The position numbers and the translations under genes were made by a program. A stretch of DNA of 64,000 nt from Enoplolaimus lenunculus (taxonomy: Eukaryota). Numbering within the stretch: the stretch's first letter is position 1; every line of letters begins with the position of its first letter. Shown here in pieces: positions 1 through 14,445 of this stretch. Under the pieces are notes generated by a model. That model searched no databases. It was not told the DNA's origin and saw nothing but the letters and a program-made list of their open reading frames with translations. The stretch covers positions 62,001 to 126,000 of the forward strand of contig JASANG010003930.1 in assembly GCA_030248215.1 (NCBI GenBank), in the 5' to 3' direction.

Positions 1-201
1 AATTTTTACGCCGGCAGAACGAGTTGGCTGTGGCTCTGTCTAAACCAGTCTGCTCACTCCGTTACATAATGAAACGCCAAATGTTGTCATAAATTTTGAT
101 AAATCATCGTTTTGCTAACAGTTTTATTACGAACACATATCATTAGCAGATCAGAATTAACACAAATTTGAAAATGAATACAATTTTAGCGTACGCATGT
201 A

Positions 202-400
202 CGCTGTAAAAAATGGGGAGTCACATTGACTCTCTCGGAAAGAGGCTTTTCCTGACTACACAAACTGAGTCAAATTTGACTCCGCCAGAGTCAAATTCGA
301 TTCACTGTTGACTCTGGCGGAGTTAAATTTGACTCAGTTTGTGTAGTCAGGAAAAGCCTGTTTCCGAGAGAGTCAATTTGACTCCCCATTTTTTACAGTG
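202..400. mobile_element. Foldback MITE flanked by TA
   Basis: About 92-bp inverted arms C(G/A)CTGTAAAAAATGGGGAGTCA...TGACTCCCCATTTTTTACAGTG, with TA on both sides. Confidence 0.85.
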
Positions 401-3400
401 TATGACATTTGATGATATACCGGATTAAAAACTGACAAGTACAGCAGAGGGTCTTGTGACATTACAAGCTTGAGATTGGGTTGACAAAAATCAACCAGGC
501 TTAGGAACTTTGTGCGTCGCTTACAAAACCCTTTGCTATGCAGTAGGAAAGTGATAAAATAAACCCACGCTTCTTTTGAACGGTATTCAAGGTTATTTGA
601 GGCATATAATTTGTGCGTTTCGGGTTAACTCCAGAACTTTGTAGCATAGCGAGACAATTCCAATTATAATTAACGGTTAATTATTGTTTGACGCTGAATA
701 TTACGCCCGTCATCGAAACAGCTATAAGCGGCTGTGACTTCGAGACAAATATATCAAACTGTTTATTTATCACCAGTTTTCTGAATAGGGTCACAGCAAG
801 AGGAAGGGGGCAGGAGGTCGCATTCTAAATAGTCAAAATCAAAAATTTGTATTAAGACAGAATGCTAACTACCGCTGGTCTGCTCGCACGGTTCTCCAGA
901 GATATATTTTCACTAGGACTGGATTCGCTGTTGTGCCACTCTCGCGTGTTCTAGTAGGTTTCTTTAAAGCCAATTATAAGCTATCAATAACACCGAATCG
1001 TACTTATAGAGTCACTTTGTTGGAATCTTAATGAGTCACTCTGCGATTTTATATGGCATGCAACTTGAATTTACTTTGCGAATGTAACCAGAAAGGGTTG
1101 GAAAATCGTGTTCTTGCACAGTTTGCCCACATTTGCGTTTACGCTTACGTTAGATAGCAACTTTAGGCTTAAGATTTTGCCAGATATTCCTAAGCTTAAC
1201 GTTGAATGTGAGGGAAGTTAAAATGCACCAGTTTGAAAACCCGGCATCGGTAAAAAGGTCAAAAATTAGCTTGGCTTGAAATAAAATAACATAACATTGA
1301 AATCTTTGAAACATTAAGCTTTAACATTGTCAACTTTGCACATTTAGGATTCTTATTAAGTGTAGTATATAAAGCTGCAGAAAATTCAGTTTAAAACTGT
1401 AGCAGAAACGCTATATTACACTCACTTGCGCTACTGAGAAATAATGCAATATGTCCTGTAATTTTAGACGTAAAATTCACAACCGCAAGCGTGTCACTGA
1501 TGTTCATTTTATCAAATTTAACTTTAAAAAGCAAAATTATTAATACTTACGCCAATTTCAGAACAATTTTTGTTCGAATAAATATTTGGTCACATTTGGA
1601 AACCAGTACGTCTGTGTCATATAAATGAAAGGTTTACCAAACCTGTCTGCTTTCTCTCACGAAATGTCTCGTACTCCTAATGACTGGATTAATAATATAG
1701 ACAGAGGTTTAGGCTCTTTTTTAGGTTTAGTCTTAATAGGTTCAGTCGTTCTCCGATCCAATATAGTGGCACCTACGATTAGGCCATCAAACAGGGATTA
1801 AACAATAAATTTTGCGTTATACTTTATTACTAAATTTAGGTTTGGCTTCTCGCTCTTTTCACTCGCTAGGTTTCTTCGCTACTGTATCGCACGGTTTACC
1901 CCGTCGGAAATTTTTTGGATGTGCCACTAACCAGCACCTCAGCCTAAGCTGAGGTTAACTAACATAATAAACAGTTGGTGTCGAGGGGGAGGGTCTTCTG
2001 CTGAAACAAAAATTTACTGACACTAAAAATACCGCAAAATCCTGTGAAAAAAGTCGGAATTTATTTCAGAACCGGAGCTTAAAGATCCTGGATTTCTCAT
2101 CCAAAACTGAACATACATATGCATTCTGGTTCCAGCTTAATTAAACCACCACCACCACCACCATCGTCACCAACCTCAAAAGTCAATGCGATGCTGAACA
2201 ATAGCAGTTAATCTACGTAATAAATACGAGCTCAGTTTGCATATTTCTATCGAGGCGATTGCTAAATAATTGTTTGTTAATATCTGGTTTAACGTTGCAC
2301 AGTTTTAACTGTCGCCAAGTCGATAACAAAACAATTCATCAAGTTGAAAAAATGCTACTCCTCACTTTTATTTGCAAAGTTGCAACGTTTACCCATATCG
2401 TTTCCACCCATAGGGTTTTCGGGCAATATCAAGTTGCGAAACCGGTACAATTTAAGCGAAAACCCAGAAATTTTTTTATGCTATTTTGAGCGCAAATTTG
2501 CGGTAACCTGCAAATGTCAGAATAGATTTACACAACGCTACTAAATTTTAATTTTCTGAACTTAATCTCGTTTCTTAATACTTATGGCCAATGTTACTTT
2601 TAGGGGTGTAACATTAGATTAAACGTATTCCTAAGACTAAACCTACGCCTAAGCGTTGCAAATATGTGTTCCTGAGCCTAAGGCTAAAGCCTAAGCGAAA
2701 AAATGCAATTTAGAATCTAAACCTCCTCTTTTATAGACCCAAAAAACCTGGACGCGCCTTAAAGTAACAAAGACCAAACTTATTTCGGCCAACGATAAAC
2801 TAATTGCATTTACAGTCGCGCAGGAAGCTTAGCCCTGTGTTCAGGAACTGATAACCATTTCCCTCATAGAGAGTATACTATGAGCAACAAAATAGAAATT
2901 ATTTACGAGCAATACACACACAGTGCGCAGGATGTAACAATTTTTATGCGCGGTGTGAAATCTATACAAGACGCGAGAACTAACTCGCATGCCCGTCATG
3001 AAACATTTTTAGCCACTCATAACAAGGTGAGTTGGCTACTGGCCTGGACTGCATAAACATCATATGATTTTATTAAAATTGACAAATATACAGTCTACTT
3101 GCTAAAAGGTAGTGCGCCTTGGCTGTCTAACAGATTAACTGACACAAGTTAAAGACTTGACAGAGTTTTATGGTATTAATTTAAACAGATTGTTAAGGTT
3201 AAAGAAAAAATTGTTAAAACAGTAAAAAATGATGTTAGTCGCAATTAGATAAAGCTTATTTAAGCGTTATCATCTATACTCACTGTTGAGTATGAAACTT
3301 CAAAACATCTCTAGAGTGATCTGGCAACAAGGAACAGAGCGTTACAGAAACCAAACTTGATTTACTTTTACCGGCCAAAGCTCTGTCCATTGCAAAGCGA

Positions 3401-6400
3401 AACAAAAATACTATAATCGAATCGCCGTAGTATAACAGCAATTTGTCGCTGTATACTATCGTCTTTCGAACACTTTGAATTCAAAACGTATACAACATAA
3501 AAATCAGAATTAATTGCAGTTTCGAGCACAAACCGGGTTCTCGGAAATAGTTTGAACACAATATCTGATGAGAGAAACTGTATGAGCGCAAACAAACAAG
3601 TTCAACTACGGATGGTGTGCCAATTTTTTTGGACGATGTGACACAAATTTTAACGAACAGGTGTTTATGTTTCACAAAAATCGCGCTGCAGCCGAAAACA
3701 ATCAATAGTAAATGGTACAATTTAAAATCAAGCGACTTCCTCAACAAAATATCAATGAGATTGTAAATGCCGAAACTTCTTCAAAAGGTGCCGTCACATT
3801 ACGAGATAAGTTTGGCCAGCTGTTCAACAAACATTTCAAATAAATGCACCAGCGTAGCCAGGACAAACGTTTTGGTGTCTTCTAAACTTCACACTATTTA
3901 TGAAGCAAAAAAATTGTTTTGTTGCATTTTATGTAATTATCAATTGTTTTCAGCTCAAGTCCAGCAAGCAAATTTTCAGTTCGGAATCCAACTGTTTGCA
4001 TATTTTAAAAACACACCCAGGCGTTTGAACTAAATAAAACAGCGTACCGCTGATTGGAAACTTCAAACATTATCGTTCGCTAAACATAATTAAACGACGC
4101 AATTGCTCAATTATGCAAAAAACTGTACTGCTTGCGATAATTTTAACAAAATAATTTTTGTCGTTAAATTTGTTTCCGTAAATATTTATACAATAAACAG
4201 TCATTTTTTAGTTATTTTTGTCAGTAAAGGTTTGGTCGACTTCCTTGTTTAAACGGTTCGCTTAAATACTGTAGTGACCCGAACAGGACTGGGGACTGAT
4301 ATTTAATATTTTACCTCTCCACAGAGTACCATCCTGCAATTGAGTGACGGACAGTTAGTTATATTTGTAATTCATGCCATGTTTTGGTGACCCAACACCC
4401 TTGTTTTTTATATCTTTTCTTTTCACAAAAATGACTTGCTTAAATAATTTTTCTTGACTGCTATGTCCGTTAAAGTTTTTACTGCATTTAATACAGTGTA
4501 TACGGGTTGTTTGAGTGTCCAGTACTATATTTGAACAGTCGAGCCATTCTTGTGCTTTGGTTTCGTTTATGCACTCTTATTAGGACTATGTACTCTATAA
4601 ATTACCTTACTCTGATTAGAGATACATACTCCTATTGATCGAGACTCAAAATTAAAACCCCTGTTATTCCGTTGTAAATTCGAGAAACTATATTAGACTT
4701 TTTCAAAAACCTGAAATAAGCAAAACTGAAATTTACTCGAATAATGTTGCGGTAAGTTGAAATAGTTAAATTTTTTATTTGTAATGCTTTAAATGGACGA
4801 GAGAGAATTTTTTGAAATTATCAATTTGATTCAAAATATCTTTTAGAGCATCCAATCATTGCGCGAATTTTGATTGAAGCACAAAAAAATTCAACGGCTG
4901 TAGAACACTTTCTTACACAGGTTTTTCAAATTTTCAAATTTTGGCACAGCTTAGACTTGTACTTTAAGGACTGAAATTAGACTTTGGCGTAGGTTTTGCC
5001 CAATGGATTAGCCTCAGGAATCCGTTTAAAAAATTTTTCAACGATTAATGAGGAATCACTCATTTTCCAGTGACAATCTCAGATACAACTCTCGGTATGT
5101 GGAAATATTTATAACCCGCGAGTATTCAGCTATAATTGATCAACAGTGTTTGCTATAGTGTTATAAAATTTACCAAGCATTACTGACGTAGCGAAAACTT
5201 CCTTTTCTGTATGCTGCTCCAAACAGTTGTCTAATTCCGTTGTTTAGCATCGTAAAGATTAAAATGTACTTCAGTATATTTAAACAATATCCAACATGAA
5301 ATTCACCGTTAACTTTGAAGTCGCGTCTTTGGCAGCCCGTTTCCTCCGACACGATCGTAATCGTAAAATTTGCAATTAAAAAACAACATAGTCCAATACG
5401 TAACGTTTGGTCGTATAAACACGTATTTTTACAGGTTTTTGTTCAACCAGCTGTACAGATATCGACTTTATCCTAAAAATTTCGCCATAAAAGCCTCGAG
5501 AACGTCGAAACTGAAATTTTGATTTTGGCTTAAAAAGCCGCAGAGTTTCGTGTATTATTAAAATATATATATCTGTGAAATCTCAATGGACAGGTGTACA
5601 AAACTGCACTGTGATGTACAGGTAAGGGACGCGGTCAGGATTTTGATTCGGAAATAAACGACGGTATGAAATTATGTAAAAATAATCTTGTTTGACCTCA
5701 AAAGTACACAGGCTTATTCTAAGGGCAGTTGAAAGTGCTTTTTTCTGTCTCTCCAAAATCTTTGACAAGGGACATATCCTCCTCTATTCCACCCTTGTGT
5801 ATGCCATTGGAGCTGGCACCCGAAAGCAAGGGTTTCAAAGGTATCAGTCGATTCCCATTGAAAAAATGTATACCGTGTGATTCTGAAACAAGTTAGTTTA
5901 ATTTTCGCTTCCCAAACGTATTAAATAAACAAATTTGGTATCCCTATAAAACGCTGTTTCAGTGTCACTAACGATGTATGGCAAATGTGAACCTTAACTT
6001 CGGCAAAAACAAAAACATATTTGAAAAAAGTTTATTTCGCACGAATGATATACCGCATGCGGCAGCAGGAGATAAAATAACATCACTGCCTCAGTGCTGG
6101 CTTTGACGCCTGTGCCAATATATGTGTATCTTGTCGCAATTTCAATATTAATTTTATCCTCTGAAAACTGTGCTGTATTTTCTGCGACGCAAAAGAAACA
6201 TTCTTTTCATTCTTTGTGTCTGGTTTGACAAATACGTGCGCATAAATATTTGCAAATGTTTAGTAAAATACGAATACGGAAAAGTTCCTAAAATTGACAA
6301 AGCTTTGAGCGACTTTGTTGTCGTATAGTAGTGGAACAGTCGTAAATTATACATGCAACGGTTTTGTGTAATAAAAATTTTCAATTACTATCTTTAAGAA

Positions 6401-9191
6401 AGAATACTTTTCAACAATTAGTGATTGAAGTGATGACCTGCGAACATGACCAATTATCTGCATTATTCTTGAAGCTTCAGACAAGAAGTATACAAGGCAT
6501 GCGTTGCCCACTTCGACGGTTACACAATTTTAAAAACAATTTGTTTGCCAGTCCAGAACAAACTTGAATCAGGGACTTTCCGGTAGGAGAGGGCACGTTT
6601 GGTTTCATATCCCTGTTGTATTTTTCCTTTATCTGGTTAAATAAACACACTGTCAACTTGAGATACACCGATTGCGTAGCAAAATTTTTAGCACGGCACG
6701 ACTTGTGTTTTATAGAGATATTCCAATTCACTTGTTCTGCCCCGGCACCAGGGGTGTCCGCAAAAAACTATATTTGGGGCGCACCAAACAATTTTGAGGC
6801 CCCCTACAATTGTAATTTAAAATTGGTTGGGCACCAGCCAAATATGAGGGAGGCCGGCCCCGAACGCCCCTAATGGGGATGACCTTGCCCGTCATTATGG
6901 TGGAATGTGACCAAGTTTAGGCTGGTAACATTGTGAAATGCAGCAGTAAATAATGAATAGGAGCTGCTTACTAAATAAATGTTTTAGTTGGATTTTGGCG
7001 GCAGGCAACCCTACGTTAGGCACGTCCCTGTTTCACCGTAAGGTGATGTTGAAATATGTCAAAGTTTCAGTCGCTAACATTATAAATATATGAAGCGCAT
7101 TTGGTCTTGACAACGCAGTCCATATTTTGAATCACACACATTTGACATAAAACGCACAAGTAAAGCGTCATCCTTGACAGTTCAACGATGTGGATCCCCA
7201 AGCTAAAATCCTGGCTACGCCAATGGATGTTTGTTTTGAGTTTTTCAGTGAATTTTTCGTGAGCATAAATTACCTTCATCGTTCCGTTCCTCAAATTATG
7301 AGCGGTAAGAAAAGTTCGTTTAGTTTTGTTATCTAAATTTAGCGTTCGCTGTGCTTAAGAATATTAGCCAGCGGGAAATAAGTTCTGTGTAAAACTGATC
7401 AATGGTCTTTTTTAACGGGGGTCATTTTTTAATGCTTGGGGTCATTTTTTTGGGTGGGGGGTTGTGCGATAATTTTTTGTGTAATTTTGTACGTGTGTCG
7501 CGCTGATACCGTTGAAAATCTTGCCTGTGATTTGTTTAGATATATTTTAATTACTTAAATTCGCTTCACCTCCGGCACTTTCTACGGCTCCGGCAAATTT
7601 TGTCGACCTCCGGCTACGGTATTTTCCACCTCCGGTTGCACCCTGATATATACATATATATTTATATAAACACTAAAAAAATTGGTCCAGTTTTTTAATA
7701 GCCATATACGAGTCGTGTGGGAATCTGGCTAAAAATACACCAGCGATACACTGCATACAAACGACAACGCACTGAGGGTGTGGCGGTGTAAGTAATATTC
7801 ATCTGTAATCCATTCAAATGTATTTTACATTATAGCTATATATCCTTTTTGCGTCATAAATATGGTTCGCAATTTTTCACATTTTTCCAATAAATCTTTA
7901 AAACAGCAACCGCAGGCGTTGCTGCTCAGTGCAGCATGAGAAGAATAATTTGTAAACGTTCAAACTTTTAATACTATGGTTTCGCTTTTATAATGCATCA
8001 ATAGAGTGGAAATGCCGTTTTCGATTGAAATTTTGCAGCAATTATTTTATCCGTACTCAAGTACTGAATATCGATCAAATGGCGGTACGCTTTATTCAAT
8101 AACTTAAGTAAACATCCTTTTGCATTTGAACAGTGCTGCAGATTGTTTAGCAGATTACAGACAACAGTTATAATATTATTTTATGAAGTAAAATATATTT
8201 ATGTTATATTTTAATAAATAGACGCATTTAATGAAGGCAAATCTTGAACTTCTGATTATTAATACAGCTTTTACCGCAAGACACCTGGTCAACGTTTACC
8301 TTGAGAGCCGTATGTATTCTACAACCATATTCTAAGCCTACGCCTAATCTAAGCATTAAGGATAAGCCTATATAACTAATCCAACCTAAGCATAAGCCTA
8401 AACAAAAAATTAGCCTAAAACTTAACCATTAATTATAACAGCGTGAAAAATGAGTCCGCCATTGAAAGTAACATGGATCAACCACTATATTTTTTAGGAT
8501 ATGTTTTATGTCTTATTTTAAAATTTGACGATATCAGATAATGTAAACCATTCCAACAATTTTGAATAAAATATAGAACGAACGGCGATTGTCCAACTTT
8601 ACATTAATAATATTTAGTTCTCTGAAACTGAACAACACATAAGCGATCTGAAAACACGAATTTTATACCATGGGTCATTCAAAATTTTGCAGCAGTCATA
8701 ATTGGACTTCAACTAAAATCAATGATTGCACAACGTAAATAGTCTCATATCGCAAAGTTTAATGGTAAAACGAACAAATTAATTCTGAAAAATTGAAAAA
8801 ACCTTAAACTTCTTCATTCAGGTCATTGTTCAACTGCCTGCCCTCTTTCCGCATCAGGATTAGCCAATCATATTTCACCAAACAAATCACATTGCCTCGG
8901 TTTCTGAAATCGTACTTAAGTATCTATAAAGTTTTGCTTAATGTATTCACTTAAGTTGCCGAGTCAGTTTTGTGCCAGCGCGCGACAAACGAATATGTAA
9001 CTATTTTATATCAAAGTGGTGCGTAACTTTAATACGGTATTAGAAACACCGTATATGTTAAGTAATTGCTTAGCTAATTCTTAATTATAAAATTGTACTT
9101 AAGTAAAACATTTTAGAAACCCAGCCATTGTTTCTTAACACATCAAGTACAACTGGCACAATAGTCCTTGTTTCCTAAATTATAATTTCAA

Positions 9192-9401
9192 TCAATAAAG
9201 TCTCGTAAGAAGAATTCGTTTCGTTCGATTCCAGACATCGTAACCAATCACAGTTTCAAAACGTCGGCGTCGAGCGGAAATAAAGGCACGCTGCTCTTCA
9301 TGTTCCCACCATGGACTCGCCATTACAAACAGGACAGCAGCCAGGCCGAGACACAATATTACAACGACGACTAGATTAAGATAGGCAGCTAATTTTGCCA
9401 T
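9192..9401 (-). CDS. Candidate small secreted or membrane peptide precursor (69 aa)
   Basis: True ATG start, hydrophobic N-terminus (LNLVVVVILCLGLAAVLFVMA), RRRR and KR sites, higher GC than the flanks, and a TTTCAG acceptor at 9567-9572. Confidence 0.5.
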   Translation of the reverse strand: MAKLAAYLNLVVVVILCLGLAAVLFVMASPWWEHEEQRAFISARRRRFETVIGYDVWNRTKRILLTRLY

Positions 9402-9969
9402 TCATAGTCATCCGACTGGCTCAGACTTCAATGCACTACTAATATTTGAAAATACAGTTATTTCCTGGTATGGGATTAATCTTTAAATCTGCAGGAGCAG
9501 TAATAGCACAATAATGTTGCTTTAACGACTGAGAATAATTAGTAATTCTAGATTAGGTACTGTAACCTGAAATAGAATATTTTTACACTGTCTTGGGGGC
9601 TAGAATTTTCCGTTAAACACAGGAACGCTGGAAGAATTCTTTTCTAGTGGTGTCAAGCAGGGGCGCCATATCTAACACAAAGTGTACGTTCAAAGTTTTA
9701 ATTTTAAATGGACCCGGTAAAGAGTTTTTTCTTTAGTAGGAAATCAAGAGGCAAAATATAGAATGTAATTTAAAAAATCTCGACAGCAGAGCAAAGAGGG
9801 CAGAGGAATTTTTTTTGGCATTAAATGTTTAAATTTTGCAAAACACGCGTTAATACTAAAATATCACGTTTAGAGTCTCGCGCAATTAGTTCACCACATT
9901 TTTCTCAGTTTTACCTATGTAAAATTCATGGTGAAATTTTTTAAGTTTAGTTATTCGTACTTATTTTAA

Positions 9970-10233
9970 CCCTTACTCACATGAATATTTTCAATTTCAT
10001 ATGAGATGTAATTTCAAGGTAAGATTCGATCCCCAGTCTCACGGGTGGGAGGCGATTACGATGACCACTGCGCTATAGGAGCTTGACACTCGAGCCCGAG
10101 TAGGCTCTCACGTCTTGTGGAGATTTTACGCTGCGCATATATGTTATAAATTTTTGAACACTGCTCTTAGTGTGTGTATTGCTCGTACATTATTGTATTT
10201 AGTTGCTCATAGTATACTCTATAAGTGAAATGG
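9970..10233 (-). mobile_element. TTAA-flanked (piggyBac-like) MITE with a tRNA-like core, copy 1
   Basis: TTAA|CCCTTACTCACAT...AAGTGAAATGG|TTAA; internal A-box and B-box-like sequence on the - strand. Confidence 0.7.
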
Positions 10234-10964
10234 TTAATTTAATTAACATTTTCAGCGTCATTTTCGGGCTTAATACCATCTTTAACTACGCTATGATACT
10301 ATGCTCAGCTTTTGTGAATTTTTTCCTCAATGTGTCAAAAGCTAATTGGCACCTATGGTGCCGCATTGTAACAAATTCTCAACATATCAAAAAGCTAACT
10401 GTAACACGTCGATTGTAGAACAGAATATTTCGAGTTAAAACATAATATTTGGTTCAATTTCTCGACAACGATCTGGAAGGTGAATCATTGATTTTGTACA
10501 AATAAAACGTTTGTTTTGTCGGTTTATTGGCCAATCATGCGAATTTTATGCTAAGTATTTTAATAAATTGCTTGTTACCAATCGAAAATCAGTGTCATTG
10601 GTAACCGTAACCGTCATCTTCGGTGATGTATTTTAAAACATTTTACATGTCCAAGCCCGCGTTAGTCATTTCTTGATCCATCCATTAAAATGAAGCTGTC
10701 AATGCCAGTATTTGATGCTTCAAAAATGCTGTAATCATTTTTAACGCCGTTCTCTTTTTGGTTTGATGTTTTTGTTTTCAAACTACAATGCGATGCTTCT
10801 GGCATTAAAGAAATAGATTTCGACTAGTCTACACACAGCAGTACAAAAACGCTACCGCACCGCAATTATCGAACCAGTGAAGTCATGACGATAAATTCAA
10901 AGCTGTTCTTATACCACAGTATTCGTTATGATCTGTTATATCAAAGATTTACCAGACAGTTTAA

Positions 10965-11175
10965 CCCCTTCTCACATATATCGCAGTGTTTAACAATTGC
11001 ACACGTATACATAGTACTAAATCAGCACAAGACGTGAGTGCCCCCTCGGGCTCGAGCATCAAGATCCTATAGCTGAGTGGTGATGGTGTACGCCTCCCAC
11101 TCCAGTCACTTGGGTTCGAATCCTAGCATAAAAGTACGTCTCAGGGGAAATAGAAAATATTCATGTGACAAAGGG
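10965..11175 (+). mobile_element. TTAA-flanked MITE with a tRNA-like core, copy 2
   Basis: TTAA|CCCCTTCTCACAT...ATGTGACAAAGGG|TTAA; internal TAGCTGAGTGGT...GGTTCGAATCC. Confidence 0.75.
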
Positions 11176-11789
11176 TTAAAGGATAAAATTCATTCGCTTT
11201 TCTCCGGCAAGCCAGGCTTTTAGGCTTAGGTTGTGGTTTAGAAATAAGAATGACTAGGCCTAGGTTTAGACCTTTGCTAAGGCTGGCCAACCCAAATATT
11301 ATAGTCAGTATCGATCTTCTAGACAGAATACCCAGCACTATTGAAGCAGTTGCATAATAAATAACTACGTTTAGAATTGTATGTTTTAACCTCATAACAA
11401 TCAGGTTGTAGGTCAGGGTACTGCCTTGCCTTTAGAGCAAAAAGTTAAACTACGATATATATAAACTGAAATGAAATTCAATTCAATGAACACTACTACA
11501 CTAGCGTTTAATTACTTAACAGGCTATTGTTTTAACATGCGTGTTATGGGATTGAAATTTTATTAAATTCTTAGAAACGCTTTGAGTGAATTTTATTGAT
11601 TGAAAATTTAGTTCAATTCCAATACACGAAAATTTCACATGCCTAAATTTTGAATTTTTCCGGAATTGAAATTCAGTTTTTCATCAAGCCACAGTTTTAG
11701 TTGTGAGCATGCATGAGAAATGGAAATTGATGTTCGGGAACCAAAAAGTCACAAAAGCGAGTTTGTGATATCCAAAATAGAAAGTTGAA

Positions 11790-11901
11790 CTTCGGATATC
11801 CGGATATTCGGATATATCCAGATATCCGGCTATCCAGATAAATATCCGGCAAAAATTATTCTCGATATCCCAATATGAAAAATATCCGATGCCCAACACT
11901 A
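11790..11901. repeat. GATATCCG-rich short repeat, probable MITE end
   Basis: Multiple GGATATCCG/GATATTCG units ending in GCCCAACACTA. Confidence 0.55.
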
Positions 11902-14445
11902 CTCTTTAGTGGCCAGACCAGAAAAGAAAACGTATATCACATATCACAGAATATTAAAGAATATAATAAATAAGAAGTTATTTTTGCTTTACCCAAGTTT
12001 GAACAAAACAAATTCACTCGCAAATTATATACTCTATCTTAAAAGCCTATAATTTAAAGCTAAACTTGCGTTCACATTTATCCATATAGAACATCTGTGT
12101 ACAAAATAGTGTCTGCTAAGTACTGCTGCAGGCATACTTCACGATTTAAGCGGTTATATATTGTAGCGACCAGAATAAGACTGCGTCTTAATGAACGCAA
12201 ACACAGCAGGATAAGTCTATTTTCTTATTGAATACATCGTTAGTTTGGAGTAGAACTTTATACGTTACCGTTTTGGCTAATGTGTAAAAAATACACGGTT
12301 GAACTAAGCTTACAAGTATAAATTAATAAATAATAGTAATCATAAAAAATTAAATAATAATAATTAGAGTAATAATAATTAGAGTAATAATAATAATAAT
12401 GTAAAAACAGAAATGCGTGAATATATAGCACAACAGGGTGCATATTTCCGAAACTCAAGTATGTAAAAGTTTTGAGAAAACGGAAGTTTTCTGCAAAATG
12501 TACTCTGTTTAAAGATGACCTTTAAGTTTATAATTAAATAATTTTTTTAATCCTACATGTTACTTCCCACTTAAGTAAGCAAACCAGAAATTCCATGCTT
12601 ACCTACAGTTAACGTATAGTTTTGATACGAAAATACATTCCCTAGCTAACTGTTATCAATTTTTTTACACAAGTCAGAGTTTAGTGACTCCGATTTTCTA
12701 ACCAATTGTGTTTCCATAAAGTCTAGTGTCATCATAATGATAATTTAGATTAAGTGTTGTTGCTATTCCACTAAATAATTGCTGCGTCCGAAATTCTTGG
12801 AACCGTCGCCTTAAATAATGTTCAGCGCGTAGCAAAATTTATAATATATGTGTAGTCTTCTAAAACGAACTTAAAGACTCAGAACTGGATAAACATCAAA
12901 TTTCATAGTTTTTGATTGAAACACACGCTATAATGGCACAGTAAAATAGGAAAATCTATCCAGCTACTTACTACTCTATCGATCGCAAAGACAACGAAAA
13001 GTGCCACAACCTGGTTCTGTACAAAAATGTCAAAATACTATTTTAGCGTTTGCTGTTTAGTCAGTCTGGAGGACGTCTTTTATAATAGAATGAAACGTTT
13101 TAGGGTATAATATACAAATTTGACAATGATTGAAAAAAATTAGTATAACACTTATGTTGGACCTTGTAAAGACCAAGTGATGTAAAGCTTACGCTTTAGA
13201 TCAATTTTTTGCTTAGGCTTTGGTATAAGCTCATTCTTACGTTTCGGCTTAGTTTAGGTGTATGTTTATACTACTGTTACGGCTTTGTTGTACACATTGG
13301 ATCTTTGTTTCAAAGCATACATACAAGCTCTAATACAGAAGTCCGCAACTTCGTTACATCAATCGCAATACTGACAGATTTGGTCGTGGAGAAGCTGACT
13401 ACCTTTATAATTCTTAGCTCAGAACTGAAGGGGCGCATCTAATCGAATGGGTTGCCAGGGGAGGCTGTGCCCCACTGTCGCAAGCAGTTTTTTTGAGTCT
13501 GCCTTAATGATTCATCGTTGATGAGGTTCCGCATCCATTGTAAGAACCAATATATTAGTCGTTTTTTGGAATCGGTGTCGTATCACAATAAATGACCCCC
13601 GAAGAAAATGATCCAATTAAAATGAGACAAAGTTGCGGTACGAAGACTGGTTGCTATTTTCAACGCCGCTTTGAACCTGGGAAAAGGTATTTTCGGTTAG
13701 ATCGCTTTTGGAAACGAAAAAATATACAATTTGATTTTTCAACTTCAACGAATGTTAAAAATGCTAAAATTAGCATGAGGTTGTAAAAATTTACACTTAT
13801 TAATAAGCTGAAGGTTAAAAACTTGAAAAACCAACGTAAATAATCAACATTGCCGGGGAAATCAGATGTGAGAGCCTCGAAAAGATGTGAATTGTAAGAT
13901 AAGCAAAATTAGTTTATATATATATTTGTAGAAACAATACAAGTAAATTAAATTGTTTTAATTACGCCGACGAAACCATATATCAATAGTTGTAAAACCC
14001 AAAAATTACACATTGATTAAAAAATTCAAAGCGTACAATTCAATGTATATATTGTGAATAATGAGCACAGACGCGTAACCAGCTCAACATGCTAATCGGG
14101 ACTTAAACTGACCTCGCTTTGCTTCATGCCCTTAACACACCATACAATTGAGCGCTAGCTTGCAAAGGGCGTAGACATGATATAATTTCGGTATAGTATA
14201 ACCTTACATATAAAACTTTTTGCGCACAAGATTTTTTATCGCCAGCGTCCATCATGTTATTTTAAAGCGTGTCAAAGTTTCCCTTTCTCGTTTCGACAGA
14301 AATTTTCGGAAAATTTATCCATTCCTTAATTCACTCTTCCGGTATGCGTCTGTGTCACCTGGACAACTGCTTTAACTGCTTTTTAACTTCTTCCTCGACG
14401 GCCACATAGTTCTCTTTGTTTCAACTGACCCCTACAATAAGAATA

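Noticed and set aside
11063..11130. Functional tRNA gene
   Set aside because: A and B boxes are present but the acceptor and anticodon stems do not pair well, and it is embedded in a dispersed repeat.
12258..12458. Poly-Tyr ORF
   Set aside because: It is a degenerate AAT microsatellite.
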